A stretch of DNA of 32,000 nucleotides from Candidatus Nanopusillus sp. (GTDB taxonomy: Archaea; Nanobdellota; Nanobdellia; Nanobdellales; Nanobdellaceae), in contig JBMSAQ010000008.1 in NCBI GenBank assembly GCA_049414405.1, positions 1-32,000 on the forward strand. The letters are read 5' to 3'. A program made the translations under genes and the position numbers. The notes below the pieces were generated by a model. The model worked only from the letters and a program-made list of their open reading frames with translations. It was not told where the DNA came from and made no database searches. Positions 1 through 9,078 of this stretch are shown here, piece after piece (within the stretch, counting starts at the first letter, position 1; each line of letters starts with the position of its first letter).

Positions 1-249
1 ATATTAATATTGTTTATGATATTGTATTTTGTTTCAAATTTGCAAAATGATTTTTATTATCAACCAAATATTGGTAAATATATTGCACAAGATTTCTATG
101 TCAAATTATTATTGTATCCAAATTATTCTTCTATCATAAATCAAACATATTATAATATTTGTATGTGGAAAAATATTATATGTTATGATAATGGAACAAA
201 TATAATAGTTATAACTCAAAATTCTGAATATATATTAAATAAACCATAG
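1..249 (+). CDS. C-terminal part of a hypothetical protein; frame is open to the window edge
   Basis: Frame 1 has no stop from base 1 to TAG at 247-249. N/Y/I-rich composition matches neighbouring genes. No recognisable motif. Confidence 0.35.
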   Translation: MLILFMILYFVSNLQNDFYYQPNIGKYIAQDFYVKLLLYPNYSSIINQTYYNICMWKNIICYDNGTNIIVITQNSEYILNKP

Positions 250-323
250 CCCCCATCGTCTAGCCAGGTCCAGGATACGGGGTTCTCATCCCCGAGACCC
301 GGGTTCAAATCCCGGTGGGGGCA
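249..323 (+). tRNA. tRNA-Glu, anticodon CUC, no encoded CCA, no intron
   Basis: Manual cloverleaf. Acceptor GCCCCCA/UGGGGGC plus discriminator A. Anticodon stem CGGGG/CCCCG with loop UUCUCAU. T arm CCGGG-UUCAAAU-CCCGG. GC-rich island in AT-rich DNA. Confidence 0.9.
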
Positions 324-672
324 AACTATAATTTTTAATTGTAAATCTTGTAGAGTATTTAGAAATGTAAAAAATTAATTTCTTTGAAGTTAAGTAGTCG
401 ATAGCGTTAAAAAATTATGGATTAATCAAGGTAAATTAAGAGTTGAATCATGAGCTGTAAAAAAGATCTTATACAAAATTATAGAGATAATTCTTATACT
501 GAAGAGATTTAAGATATAGAAAATTAAAGTAGGTCAACTTTTGGAATAATGAAAAAATTTGAGAAAAAAGATAATATAGTATTAAATGTTGGATGTTAGT
601 AATTTTTCTTAGGAGTTTGAAAAAATTATTATAAATCATAATATTTATAAAGATTCTTTGAAATAAGCCTTT

Positions 673-2076
673 ATGAAAAATTCGGATGAAAATGTAAAAT
701 TTGGTATTTGTCCTGAATGTAAAGTAAGAGAAAATGATTCTTCTGAAAAAAAACTTTATCAATGTCCTTATTGTAAAGGATGGTTTTGTGAAAAACATAT
801 AGAACCTAAATTAGTAATGACTTGGAGTGTAATAGAAAAAACTAAAGATCCTATTTTAAAAGAAAAACTTTATGAAGAATGGAAAAAAGAGGAAGATCAT
901 CCTTGTTCTGTTTGGACAATGCAATATTTTGAAAATTTTGAAATGAAGGAAAAAGAAGAAAGAGAAAAATTTTTGAAGGCTTTAAATAAGTTAAAAAAAA
1001 TAGAAAAAATTACTTTATATACTAAATCTTCAGAAAAATTTCTTAAAAAAGGAATATCCTTTAAATTTCCGTCAATAGAAAAATTCTTTGAATTAAAATT
1101 TACTTCAAAAAGTATAGATGGAATAATTGTATTAGGGCTATTTTTATCCTTCTTTTCACTTTTTCTTCCATGGTTTTCTGTCTCTTTATTTGGATTACCT
1201 ATAGAAATTACATGGATTACCATGTTTCAAAAAGAAATATTAAAAATTCAGACGACAAGTTTATTGAATCATATTATAACTGCAAACCACATTCTAATAG
1301 CTCTTCTTATTCTTATTGTTTTAGGTTTTATAATTGTAATTCTTGGGTTATTACTTACTAAAAATTCTATTATTCTTACAGGTTCGTTATTTTTAATTAT
1401 TTCTGCATTATCTTTTTTGTATTATCTATCAACTTCTAGTGAGATAAGCTTAGTTAGCTCTGCTGGAATAGGATTTTGGATTTTTACAATAGGTTCTATA
1501 CTTATGGCTTATGGCTCAGCAAAAAACATATCAAAAATTAGAATTTTTTCTTCTTTATTGATTACTATTATTGTTTGTGCCTTCTTTCTATCGAATTTAG
1601 GGGCACTATTTATCGCAAAAATAAATGAACTAATAAATGGTTATTCTTATCCGTATAAGGAGGTAAAGTCTTTCATAGAAAATACTATAAGAGATTACCT
1701 GAAGACTCCGTCTCAGGTGTTGCATTTGTCTACAGGTAATGTTGTAGTATACTATTGGAGACTTATAGATGATCTTTTAACATCGGATAAACCGGTATTT
1801 AAAGGAAGCTTTGATGGTTTCACTGTTTGTGCCAATGGTGACTACAAATGTAGATATGGAAGTGAAAAGGGGGAAAATATCAATTACCTTTATTGTAGAC
1901 CTTATTCTTCTCCATATGTTTTCTGCTATAAAAAGATTATAACTTCTCCTACAGGAGAAATTCAAGATGTTATCAGAGGTTGTGTTTATAGTTTTGTTTT
2001 GGATCCAAATAAATTGGAAGTTGTCTCAATTCAATTTGGACCGATTCACGAATATGCTAAAACTTCATGCAAATAA
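673..2076 (+). CDS. Membrane protein with N-terminal AN1-like/zinc-ribbon Cys cluster, about 5 TM helices and a Cys-rich C-terminal domain
   Basis: 467-aa ORF. CPEC-x14-CPYC-x4-C-x2-H at aa 13-42. Hydrophobic segments at aa ~150-310. C-terminal 150 aa contain 7 Cys. Confidence 0.6.
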   Translation: MKNSDENVKFGICPECKVRENDSSEKKLYQCPYCKGWFCEKHIEPKLVMTWSVIEKTKDPILKEKLYEEWKKEEDHPCSVWTMQYFENFEMKEKEEREKFLKALNKLKKIEKITLYTKSSEKFLKKGISFKFPSIEKFFELKFTSKSIDGIIVLGLFLSFFSLFLPWFSVSLFGLPIEITWITMFQKEILKIQTTSLLNHIITANHILIALLILIVLGFIIVILGLLLTKNSIILTGSLFLIISALSFLYYLSTSSEISLVSSAGIGFWIFTIGSILMAYGSAKNISKIRIFSSLLITIIVCAFFLSNLGALFIAKINELINGYSYPYKEVKSFIENTIRDYLKTPSQVLHLSTGNVVVYYWRLIDDLLTSDKPVFKGSFDGFTVCANGDYKCRYGSEKGENINYLYCRPYSSPYVFCYKKIITSPTGEIQDVIRGCVYSFVLDPNKLEVVSIQFGPIHEYAKTSCK

Positions 2077-2264
2077 TTCATCACAAAACCAAACATTTAG
2101 AAAATTGATAAGATTCTGAATATTTTTGATTACTAGTTTGTGAATAAAACTTTTCGTCAATCTATATATATACTAAATTTATGTTTAGATTTTTCATTAA
2201 ATTTTGTGTGGCTTTTTATATACTCTATCTTATATTTTTATAAAATATAAATTAAGAAAAAATT

Positions 2265-2468
2265 TTATTGTCCAGCCCAAACACATTTTCCACCTTGTTC
2301 CTTTATCATTCCCTTATTTAAATATCTTGTAATTAATGCTTTTACAACTGATGGTTTCTTTCCTAATTTATTTGCTATTTGTTGTGCTACTTTATCTACG
2401 TCGTCCTTTGGTACACCCTTTTTGAATGCAGATTCAATTTCTGTTCTCAATTGAGATGGTGCTGCCAT
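2265..2468 (-). CDS. Small (67 aa) putative winged-helix-like protein, function unknown
   Basis: Clean ORF downstream of L19e on the same strand. The segment KKPSVVKALITRYLNKGMIKEQGG looks like a wHTH recognition helix plus wing. No family assignment possible. Confidence 0.45.
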   Translation of the reverse strand: MAAPSQLRTEIESAFKKGVPKDDVDKVAQQIANKLGKKPSVVKALITRYLNKGMIKEQGGKCVWAGQ

Positions 2469-2520
2469 AAAGAATATATAAATGAAATGATTATAAACTT
2501 TAAATAAAAAATTTTATAAA

Positions 2521-2991
2521 TTATTTATTTAAAATTTCATTTTCACTCTTTAATATTCCCAAATCCTTAAGATAAATTAAAATGGCTCTTTTACTCTTAA
2601 ACTCATTACTTTTTGCTTTTTTATATAACTCTCTATATAACCTTTTATCAATTATTTTTTTCTCTTTTAACTCTCTTAATAATTTTCTTATCGCCCTTAT
2701 TCTTTTAATCCATTGTTCTTTTTTTCCTGATCTAGCATTTTTACTTCCTTTTTTAGATCCTGGTCCTCTTCTTCTTCCTTTTTTCTTCTGTTCTTTAATA
2801 TAATTTGCCCATGTTCTAGACTGGCCCTTAACTTGTTTTACTCTTATTATTCCTTTATCAATTAAATCCAGAATATCAGATCTACTTAAGGCTTTAGATA
2901 CTTCTTGTATTTTATTTGGATCTATCCAAATTCTATCTTTTCCGACGCCAAGTATTTCGGATGCCAATCTTTTTTGTAATGATAAGTCCAT
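2521..2991 (-). CDS. rpl19e: 50S ribosomal protein L19e
   Basis: MDLSLQKRLASEILGVGKDRIWIDP... followed by a basic KKKGRRRGPGSKKG tract, typical of eL19. Its start overlaps the L15 stop by 1 nt. Confidence 0.9.
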   Translation of the reverse strand: MDLSLQKRLASEILGVGKDRIWIDPNKIQEVSKALSRSDILDLIDKGIIRVKQVKGQSRTWANYIKEQKKKGRRRGPGSKKGSKNARSGKKEQWIKRIRAIRKLLRELKEKKIIDKRLYRELYKKAKSNEFKSKRAILIYLKDLGILKSENEILNK

Positions 2992-3437
2992 TATTTAATT
3001 ATTACTTCTCCGCCAACGTTTTTAACCTTTTCTATCGCCCCTTCTGATGCTTCTCTTACATATATTTTCATTTTCTTACTAATTTTTCCAGCTCCCAATA
3101 ATTTATTAACACCTATTTCATCTAGATCAATTATATAATATCCCCCTTCATTTTTTATTATTCCTTCTGATAATAAGTAGTCGAAGTATTCTTCTATATC
3201 TCTTAAGTTAATTACAGATTTTTCAATGTTGTACTTAATACTTGTAAATCCTTTTTTATCTTCAAATCTTTCTGGAAATTCTTTAATTAACTTAATATAC
3301 TTTTGTTTTTTAAATCTCCATCCAGAGAAACCTGAACCACCTTTATTACCCTTACCTCTATTTCTATCATTATATCCTCTTCTAGCATATCTTTGTCCAA
3401 GATATTTCCTATATTTTTTCTTTCTATGAGCGACCAT
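2991..3437 (-). CDS. rpl15: 50S ribosomal protein L15 (uL15)
   Basis: Basic G-rich N-terminus (RNRGKGNKGGSG) and C-terminal ...KLLGAGKI...ASEGAIEKVKNVGGEV. Confidence 0.85.
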   Translation of the reverse strand: MVAHRKKKYRKYLGQRYARRGYNDRNRGKGNKGGSGFSGWRFKKQKYIKLIKEFPERFEDKKGFTSIKYNIEKSVINLRDIEEYFDYLLSEGIIKNEGGYYIIDLDEIGVNKLLGAGKISKKMKIYVREASEGAIEKVKNVGGEVIIK

Positions 3438-3480
3438 AGATAACCAAATATTTTATTAAACAATTTTTAAATTTAATATA

Positions 3481-4770
3481 ATGTATAATTTACCATCTGG
3501 ATTAAGAGATTTTCCTGCTGAAATAAAAATATTAAGAAATAAAATATTTAAAAAAGTGGAGGAAATATTTCAAAGATTTGGATTTGATCCTATAGAAACT
3601 CCAACAATAGAATATTGGGATACATTGAAAGGAAAATATGGAGAAGAGGCAGAAAATAAATTAATATGGAGATTTAAATTACTGTATTCTGATAAAGAAT
3701 ATGCATTAAGATACGATCAAACAGTACCTTTGGCAAGATTTTTTTCAAATTATAGACCCACCCTACCATTTAAAAGATATGTAATAGATAAATCTTATAG
3801 ATATGAAAATCCGCAAAAGGGAAGGTATAGAGAATTTTATCAGGCAGATTTTGATATAATTGGATCAAAAGAACCAGAATCTGATGCAGAAATATTAAAT
3901 ATAGTGAATTTTATATTTAAAGAATTTAATTTTTCAAATTATAAAGTTATAATAAATAATAGGGAATTTTTAAGATTTGTTTTTGAGAAAAAATTAAATA
4001 TAAGTGAAGAAAAAATAAAAAAAGTATATACAATAATTGATAAATTAGATAAAATTGGAATAGAAAATGTAAAAAAAGAATTAAATAATATTGTTGGGGA
4101 ATTGTCTGATAAAATTGTTGAAATAATATCATTGAGGAATCAGGAAGTAATTGATTATTTATCAAAATATGAAGAATTATCAAAAGAAATAAACTATTTT
4201 AACAATATTTTGGATTTGTTAAATGATAAAAGTAAAATAGAAATAAATTTGTCTCTAGTAAGAGGTTTAGATTATTATACTGGAATGATATACGAAGCGG
4301 TTGTTGAAAAACCAAAAATTGGATCGTTATCTGGAGGGGGAAGATATGATAATTTGTTAAAACTATTTATAAATGAGGAAATGCCTGCTGTTGGTGGGAG
4401 TATCGGGGTAGAAAGATTAATTGATGCAGGAATAGAACTGGGAATATTTAAGATTGATAAAAAAACTTATATAGAAATATGTGTTATATATTTTGAAGAT
4501 ACATTTAAAGATGCATGGAATATATGCAATAAATTGAGAGAGATTGGGTTGAACTGTTATATTGATTTAATGAAAAGAGATTTTAATAAGCAAATAAAAT
4601 ATGCAGTAGATAAAGATATAAGGTTTTTATTAATTGTTGGAAAAAAAGAATTACTAGAGAACAGTGTTTTACTACAAGATAGGCATACAAAGGAAAGAAT
4701 CAAAATCCCAATTAATAATTTGGAAAATATCTACAGAATAGTAAAAAATAGAAAGACAAATAGTTATTGA
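3481..4770 (+). CDS. hisS: Histidyl-tRNA synthetase (class II)
   Basis: Motifs RYDQTVPLARF, FYQADFDIIG, RGLDYYTG, GGGRYDNL and AVGGSIGVERL, followed by an anticodon-binding domain. Confidence 0.92.
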   Translation: MYNLPSGLRDFPAEIKILRNKIFKKVEEIFQRFGFDPIETPTIEYWDTLKGKYGEEAENKLIWRFKLLYSDKEYALRYDQTVPLARFFSNYRPTLPFKRYVIDKSYRYENPQKGRYREFYQADFDIIGSKEPESDAEILNIVNFIFKEFNFSNYKVIINNREFLRFVFEKKLNISEEKIKKVYTIIDKLDKIGIENVKKELNNIVGELSDKIVEIISLRNQEVIDYLSKYEELSKEINYFNNILDLLNDKSKIEINLSLVRGLDYYTGMIYEAVVEKPKIGSLSGGGRYDNLLKLFINEEMPAVGGSIGVERLIDAGIELGIFKIDKKTYIEICVIYFEDTFKDAWNICNKLREIGLNCYIDLMKRDFNKQIKYAVDKDIRFLLIVGKKELLENSVLLQDRHTKERIKIPINNLENIYRIVKNRKTNSY

Positions 4771-4848
4771 TAGGTTGTTAATATTATAAATATTTTTTAC
4801 TAGGATAAAGAAAATCTTAAAAATTATACTTATAAAATTTATTAAAAC

Positions 4849-4946
4849 AAAATTTATAAATTTCAAAAGCATATTATGCTATTTAATATTTTTGCTTTTT
4901 GTGCAAATAAAGTTTATATAGTACGCTTTTGAAATTTATAAATTTT
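4849..4946. repeat. 22-bp perfect inverted repeat (4849-4870 / 4925-4946) with a 54-nt spacer, between convergent hisS and the glycosyltransferase gene
   Basis: aaaatttataaatttcaaaagc is the exact reverse complement of gcttttgaaatttataaatttt. The right arm overlaps the stop codon at 4945-4947. The spacer contains T-runs. Confidence 0.8.
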
Positions 4947-6003
4947 ACTTCTCATATACAATACCTTTTGTAAAAACCCAATTAATTATAGCAGCGATAA
5001 ATATACCAATAAGTTGTGATAATAAGTAATTTATCCCAAATGTATAATAAAATAATAAGGCTGATAAATATTGAACAGAGCTTGATAATAAACCCCTACC
5101 TCCAAGAAATAATAAAAATCTTTCTAAAAGTTTTCTCTTTTTAGTTTTAAATACAAATAAATCGTTTAATATAAAATTCCATATAATTGAAATTAAAATT
5201 GCTAGAAAAGACGAAATATAAAATGGAAAATAAAATATCAGTAAGTATAAAGTTAATAAGTTAATAACAATTCCAGATAATCCTACTAAATAAAATTTTA
5301 TAAATTGGGAAATGTTGAATAATAAGAAAACTTGTTTCAAATATGAAAAAATTATTTTTTTACCCAGTTTAGATCTTCCATATTTTCTTTCTTTGAATGT
5401 ATATGGAATTTCTATTAATCTGTTATAATTTACTTTTACTAATATATCTAATAAAACTTTATAGCTAAACGGGTCTGAAACTTTAAAGTTATCTAGTAGA
5501 TCTTTTTTTATTAAAAAATATCCGCTTATCGGATCCTTTACTTTTAATGTTTCTGGTAGAAAAATATATGCAATAATTATTGCGGTTTTCGATATAAATT
5601 CTCTTATAATACTCCAATTTTCAATTTTTCCTCCTTTAATATATCTTGATGCAATAACTAAATCATAACCCTCCAAAGCTTTTTTATACATTTCCTTCAG
5701 TAATTCTGGAGGGTGTTGTAAGTCAGCATCCATTAATACAATATACTTTCCATCAGAATATTTTACTCCATCTAAAAAGGCAGATGATAAACCATTCTTT
5801 GATCCTCTTTCAATAAGTTTTATATTTTTATATTTCTTTTTTAGTTTTTCTATTTCTTTAATTGTTCCATCTTTTGATCCATCATCTACAAAAATTATTT
5901 CATATTTTATATCATTTAAACTTTTTTTTATTCTTTCTACCAATTCATTAATATTTTCCTTTTCATTTAATGTTGGTATTATTATTGATACATCAATATT
6001 CAT
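4945..6003 (-). CDS. GT2 glycosyltransferase (dolichol-phosphate mannosyl/glucosyl-transferase-like) fused to a GtrA-like 4-TM C-terminal domain
   Basis: IIIPTLNEKENI, FVDDGSKDGT and MDADLQHPP motifs. The C-terminal 120 aa are hydrophobic and GtrA-like. Confidence 0.85.
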   Translation of the reverse strand: MNIDVSIIIPTLNEKENINELVERIKKSLNDIKYEIIFVDDGSKDGTIKEIEKLKKKYKNIKLIERGSKNGLSSAFLDGVKYSDGKYIVLMDADLQHPPELLKEMYKKALEGYDLVIASRYIKGGKIENWSIIREFISKTAIIIAYIFLPETLKVKDPISGYFLIKKDLLDNFKVSDPFSYKVLLDILVKVNYNRLIEIPYTFKERKYGRSKLGKKIIFSYLKQVFLLFNISQFIKFYLVGLSGIVINLLTLYLLIFYFPFYISSFLAILISIIWNFILNDLFVFKTKKRKLLERFLLFLGGRGLLSSSVQYLSALLFYYTFGINYLLSQLIGIFIAAIINWVFTKGIVYEK

Positions 6004-6058
6004 TGATTATTTTAAGTTCCTTATTTACTTTAAAAATATTTCTTTATATTATCATTAA

Positions 6059-6223
6059 ATGACAAGATTGGGTGGTACGAATAAAGTAAATCATGTTATA
6101 TGTAGAAGATGTGGTAGAAAAACGTATAATCTCGATAAGGGATATTGTTCACATTGTGGATTTGGAAGAAGTAGTAAAATAAGGGCTTATGCATGGTCAT
6201 ATAAATTTAAAAGAAAATGGTAG
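6059..6223 (+). CDS. rpl37e: 50S ribosomal protein L37e (54 aa; absent from the ORF track)
   Basis: Hand translation: MTRLGGTNKVNHVICRRCGRKTYNLDKGYCSHCGFGRSSKIRAYAWSYKFKRKW. CxxC...CxxC zinc ribbon and RAYAWS tail typical of eL37. Its stop overlaps the S5 ATG (ATGGTAG). Confidence 0.88.
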   Translation: MTRLGGTNKVNHVICRRCGRKTYNLDKGYCSHCGFGRSSKIRAYAWSYKFKRKW

Positions 6224-6975
6224 AAGAACAAAAAGAAGTTGAAGAAATAAAAAAAGAACAAGAGGCTTTGGAAAAGATAGGAGCAAAAAAATTTAATATA
6301 GAATCTTGGAATCCAAAAACAAATCTTGGTAAATTGATAAAGGAAGGAAAAATAAATTCAATTGAGCAAATATTTAAAAAAGGATATAAAATATTAGAAC
6401 CAGAAATTGTGGACGCATTAATACCAGATTTGAAATATGGATATATTAGACTATCATTATCTAAAGGTAAATATAGAAGACCAAAGTTTGTAAAAATGGT
6501 TCAAAGAAAAACTGCTGAAGGTAATAAAACATCATGGGTTTCTGTTGCTGTTGTTGGAAATGAAAATGGATATGTTGGGGTAGGAATGGGAAAATCTTCA
6601 GATATTGCTCTATGTATGGAAAAAGCATTAAGAAATGCGAAACTAAATATTATACCAATTGCTAGAGGTTGTGGATCATGGGAATGTGCATTTAAGACCC
6701 CACATTCTTTGCCATTTAAAGTCGAGGGATCTTATGGTTCCGTAAGAGTCGTATTATTACCAGCTCCAAGAGGAGTTGGATTGGTAGCACCCGAAGAAAT
6801 GAAAAAAATATTTAGATTAGCCGGTATAAAAGATTTATGGATGAAATCTTTTGGACAGACTAGAAGGAGATATAATTTTGCAATGGCAGTTTATAATGCG
6901 TTAAGAAAAACAGTTGAATATAGAATAAAGGAAGAATATGCTAAATATTCCGGACTAAAGATTGGATTCGTATAA
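6217..6975 (+). CDS. rps5: 30S ribosomal protein S5 (uS5)
   Basis: VVGNENGYVGVGMGKS..., LLPAPRGVGLVA and an E/K-rich N-terminal extension. Confidence 0.92.
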   Translation: MVEEQKEVEEIKKEQEALEKIGAKKFNIESWNPKTNLGKLIKEGKINSIEQIFKKGYKILEPEIVDALIPDLKYGYIRLSLSKGKYRRPKFVKMVQRKTAEGNKTSWVSVAVVGNENGYVGVGMGKSSDIALCMEKALRNAKLNIIPIARGCGSWECAFKTPHSLPFKVEGSYGSVRVVLLPAPRGVGLVAPEEMKKIFRLAGIKDLWMKSFGQTRRRYNFAMAVYNALRKTVEYRIKEEYAKYSGLKIGFV

Positions 6976-6976
6976 A

Positions 6977-7447
6977 ATGGGGTTATTAGCAATTGTAAGG
7001 ATAAAGGGAACTGTTAAAGCAAATAAGGAAATAAAGGATACATTATATCTTTTAAGATTGAGAAGAAATAATTATGCAGTAATAATGAAAGATACAAAAG
7101 ATATAAGAGGAATGATAAAAAAGGTAGAACCATGGGTTGCATGGGGAGAAATAGATAAAGAAACATTAAAAGAATTGTTGTTAAAGAGAGGAAGGTTGGA
7201 AGGAAATAAGAGATTAACAGAAGATTATATTAAACAAACATTAAATATGGATATTAATATATTTATTGAAAAATTACTAAATAATGAAGTAGATTTAGAT
7301 GTAATACCAAAAATAAAGAAAGTATTTAGGTTAAAACCCCCATCAGAAGGCTATCCAAGAAAGGGTATAAAGGTCCCATACAGTCTGGGTGGTGCGTATG
7401 GATACTATGGAAAAGATATAAATATATTATTAAAGAAAATGATATAA
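6977..7447 (+). CDS. rpl30: 50S ribosomal protein L30 (uL30)
   Basis: MGLLAIVRIKGTVKANKEIKDTLYLLRLRRNNYAVIM. ATG at 6977, 1 nt after the S5 stop, is preferred over the TTG at 6962 given in the track. Confidence 0.88.
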   Translation: MGLLAIVRIKGTVKANKEIKDTLYLLRLRRNNYAVIMKDTKDIRGMIKKVEPWVAWGEIDKETLKELLLKRGRLEGNKRLTEDYIKQTLNMDINIFIEKLLNNEVDLDVIPKIKKVFRLKPPSEGYPRKGIKVPYSLGGAYGYYGKDINILLKKMI

Positions 7448-7448
7448 A

Positions 7449-8006
7449 ATGGCTAAGAGACCATGGAGAATATTTAGAGAAATAGAAAGACCCTATACAA
7501 GATTTTCATATAGTAAATCGTATAATAAAATTCCGGGTGCTCCAGTGTCAAAACTTAGGATGCAGATAATGGGAGTAACAAATATACCAAAAAATCAATG
7601 GAAATATGTTGGTCATCTAATTGCATTACATAACGTTCAAATATCTGATTATTCATTAGAATCAGTAAGAACAAATATATTAAAATACTTGGAAAGTGAA
7701 GTAAAAGAATTCTTATTCATTATAAGAAAATATCCACACCATGTTGTAAGAGAACATGCATTAGTATACGGTGCTGGTGCAGATAGAATTTCACAGGGAA
7801 TGAGGCATGCATTTGGAAAGCCATATACAAGAGCTGCTCAAGTATTCTATAAGGACATTATTTTATCAATATATTACAATAAGCAAGAATTCACAAGTAG
7901 AATAAGTTTCTATTTAGATGTTGCAAGAAAAAAATTGTCAGGAAAATATAAGAAATATATAGGAGAAAATAAGCCTGAAAAAACTATTTTATCATCTGTT
8001 GTCTAG
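7449..8006 (+). CDS. rpl10e: 50S ribosomal protein L10e (uL16)
   Basis: MAKRPWRIFREIERPYTR..., YGAGADRISQGMRHAFGKP. Confidence 0.88.
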   Translation: MAKRPWRIFREIERPYTRFSYSKSYNKIPGAPVSKLRMQIMGVTNIPKNQWKYVGHLIALHNVQISDYSLESVRTNILKYLESEVKEFLFIIRKYPHHVVREHALVYGAGADRISQGMRHAFGKPYTRAAQVFYKDIILSIYYNKQEFTSRISFYLDVARKKLSGKYKKYIGENKPEKTILSSVV

Positions 8007-9078
8007 ATATTTCATATTCTAATAATAATAGTTTTTTCAAATCTTTTATATCTTTGGAAATAAACAATCTTCCCCGTCCATATTTTACTATTTCTTTTGC
8101 AATTTTTTCTCCTTCACTATTTAATTGTATACCAATTATTGATATATAATAATATTGACTCAATTCTTTAGCTAACTTTAAAGTTCTTTCTACTGGATTT
8201 TTTCCCTTTGTTGGCAATGCATCGGTTATTAATATTATATGCCCTCTTTCTCCTTTATTTAATAAAAAATTAAATGCTAAAGCAATATCTGTACTTCCAT
8301 TTGGTATAATCATTAGTATATCCATTATATCCTTCAACCCTTTAACATTATTATATTCTTTAACAATCTTATCATTAAATAATATTATATCTAATAGATT
8401 ATTATCCTCTAATATCTTTGATATTAATAATATTAAAGCTTTTTTTGCTTCAAATATTTTCTCTCCAATCATGCTCCCAGATACATCTAATAAAATTATA
8501 TATTTGCCACCCTTACTTTCTCTTTTAACATCAACAACGAATCTTACAACATCTTTATTCTTTATAAATTTTCTTATTGTTTCTTTTATATTAATTTTAT
8601 TATATTTATCTCCTATACTAAAATATTTCTTGTAAAATTCTTCATCATTTCCAATATAATATGATAGATATTTTCCATATTCAAATATTCCTTCAATTTC
8701 CTTTTCTATATTTCCTATTAAATATTTAGAATATTCCATTAAAGATTTCTCGGTTAATTCTCCAGTTTCATTTATATACCCTTCGCTAATTAGTATTTCC
8801 TTTAATTTGTTTAGAGATTTTTTAAATTCCTTATTAAATCTATAATCTTTATCCTCTCTTATTCTTTTTTCATCGTATTCAGTTAGTTTCGATAGTATAT
8901 CAGAATATTCTCTTTTATTTTCCATAATTTTATCTATATCAAATATTGGATATCCTTCTTTTATAATCTTTTCAATTAATTCGTTTATACCTTTTTTAAT
9001 ATCTTTTGAGCTATATTTAAAGGATTCTCCAGGTCTATTTATTAAATTTTCCGAATCAACTCCGAAAATCTTTTCCAA
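7984..9078 (-). CDS. von Willebrand factor A (vWA) domain protein, partner of the upstream AAA+ ATPase
   Basis: MIDAS DxSxS motif in ILLDVSGSM. vWA fold in the C-terminal half (ITDALPTKG). 23-nt overlap with the upstream ATPase ORF. Confidence 0.75.
   Translation of the reverse strand: MEKIFGVDSENLINRPGESFKYSSKDIKKGINELIEKIIKEGYPIFDIDKIMENKREYSDILSKLTEYDEKRIREDKDYRFNKEFKKSLNKLKEILISEGYINETGELTEKSLMEYSKYLIGNIEKEIEGIFEYGKYLSYYIGNDEEFYKKYFSIGDKYNKINIKETIRKFIKNKDVVRFVVDVKRESKGGKYIILLDVSGSMIGEKIFEAKKALILLISKILEDNNLLDIILFNDKIVKEYNNVKGLKDIMDILMIIPNGSTDIALAFNFLLNKGERGHIILITDALPTKGKNPVERTLKLAKELSQYYYISIIGIQLNSEGEKIAKEIVKYGRGRLFISKDIKDLKKLLLLEYEISRQQMIK

Noticed and set aside
324-672. 350-nt non-coding stretch after tRNA-Glu, and the 188-nt gap at 2077-2264, scanned for C/D-box sRNAs, small ORFs and repeats
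   Set aside because: Only weak partial boxes (e.g. TTGATAAG...CTGA near 2108-2125) and ORFs of 20 aa or fewer were found. Nothing is supportable by eye.
469-4872. Antisense or overlapping track ORFs (469-798, 897-1223, 1170-1361, 1777-1965, 2582-2803, 3226-3429, 3947-4183, 4672-4872). Similar ones occur elsewhere (11024-11281, 11841-12029, 12920-13204, 13460-13684, 17901-18686, 21434-21778, 21958-22155, 26072-26275, 27058-27321, 29977-30291, 30559-30750).
   Set aside because: They lie inside or opposite well-supported genes. Their low-complexity F/L/I/Y-rich translations are typical of AT-rich antisense frames.
6962-6976. TTG start at 6962 for L30, as in the track
   Set aside because: It would overlap the S5 3' end and add MDSYK before a canonical MGLLAIVR... 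N-terminus. The ATG at 6977 is preferred.
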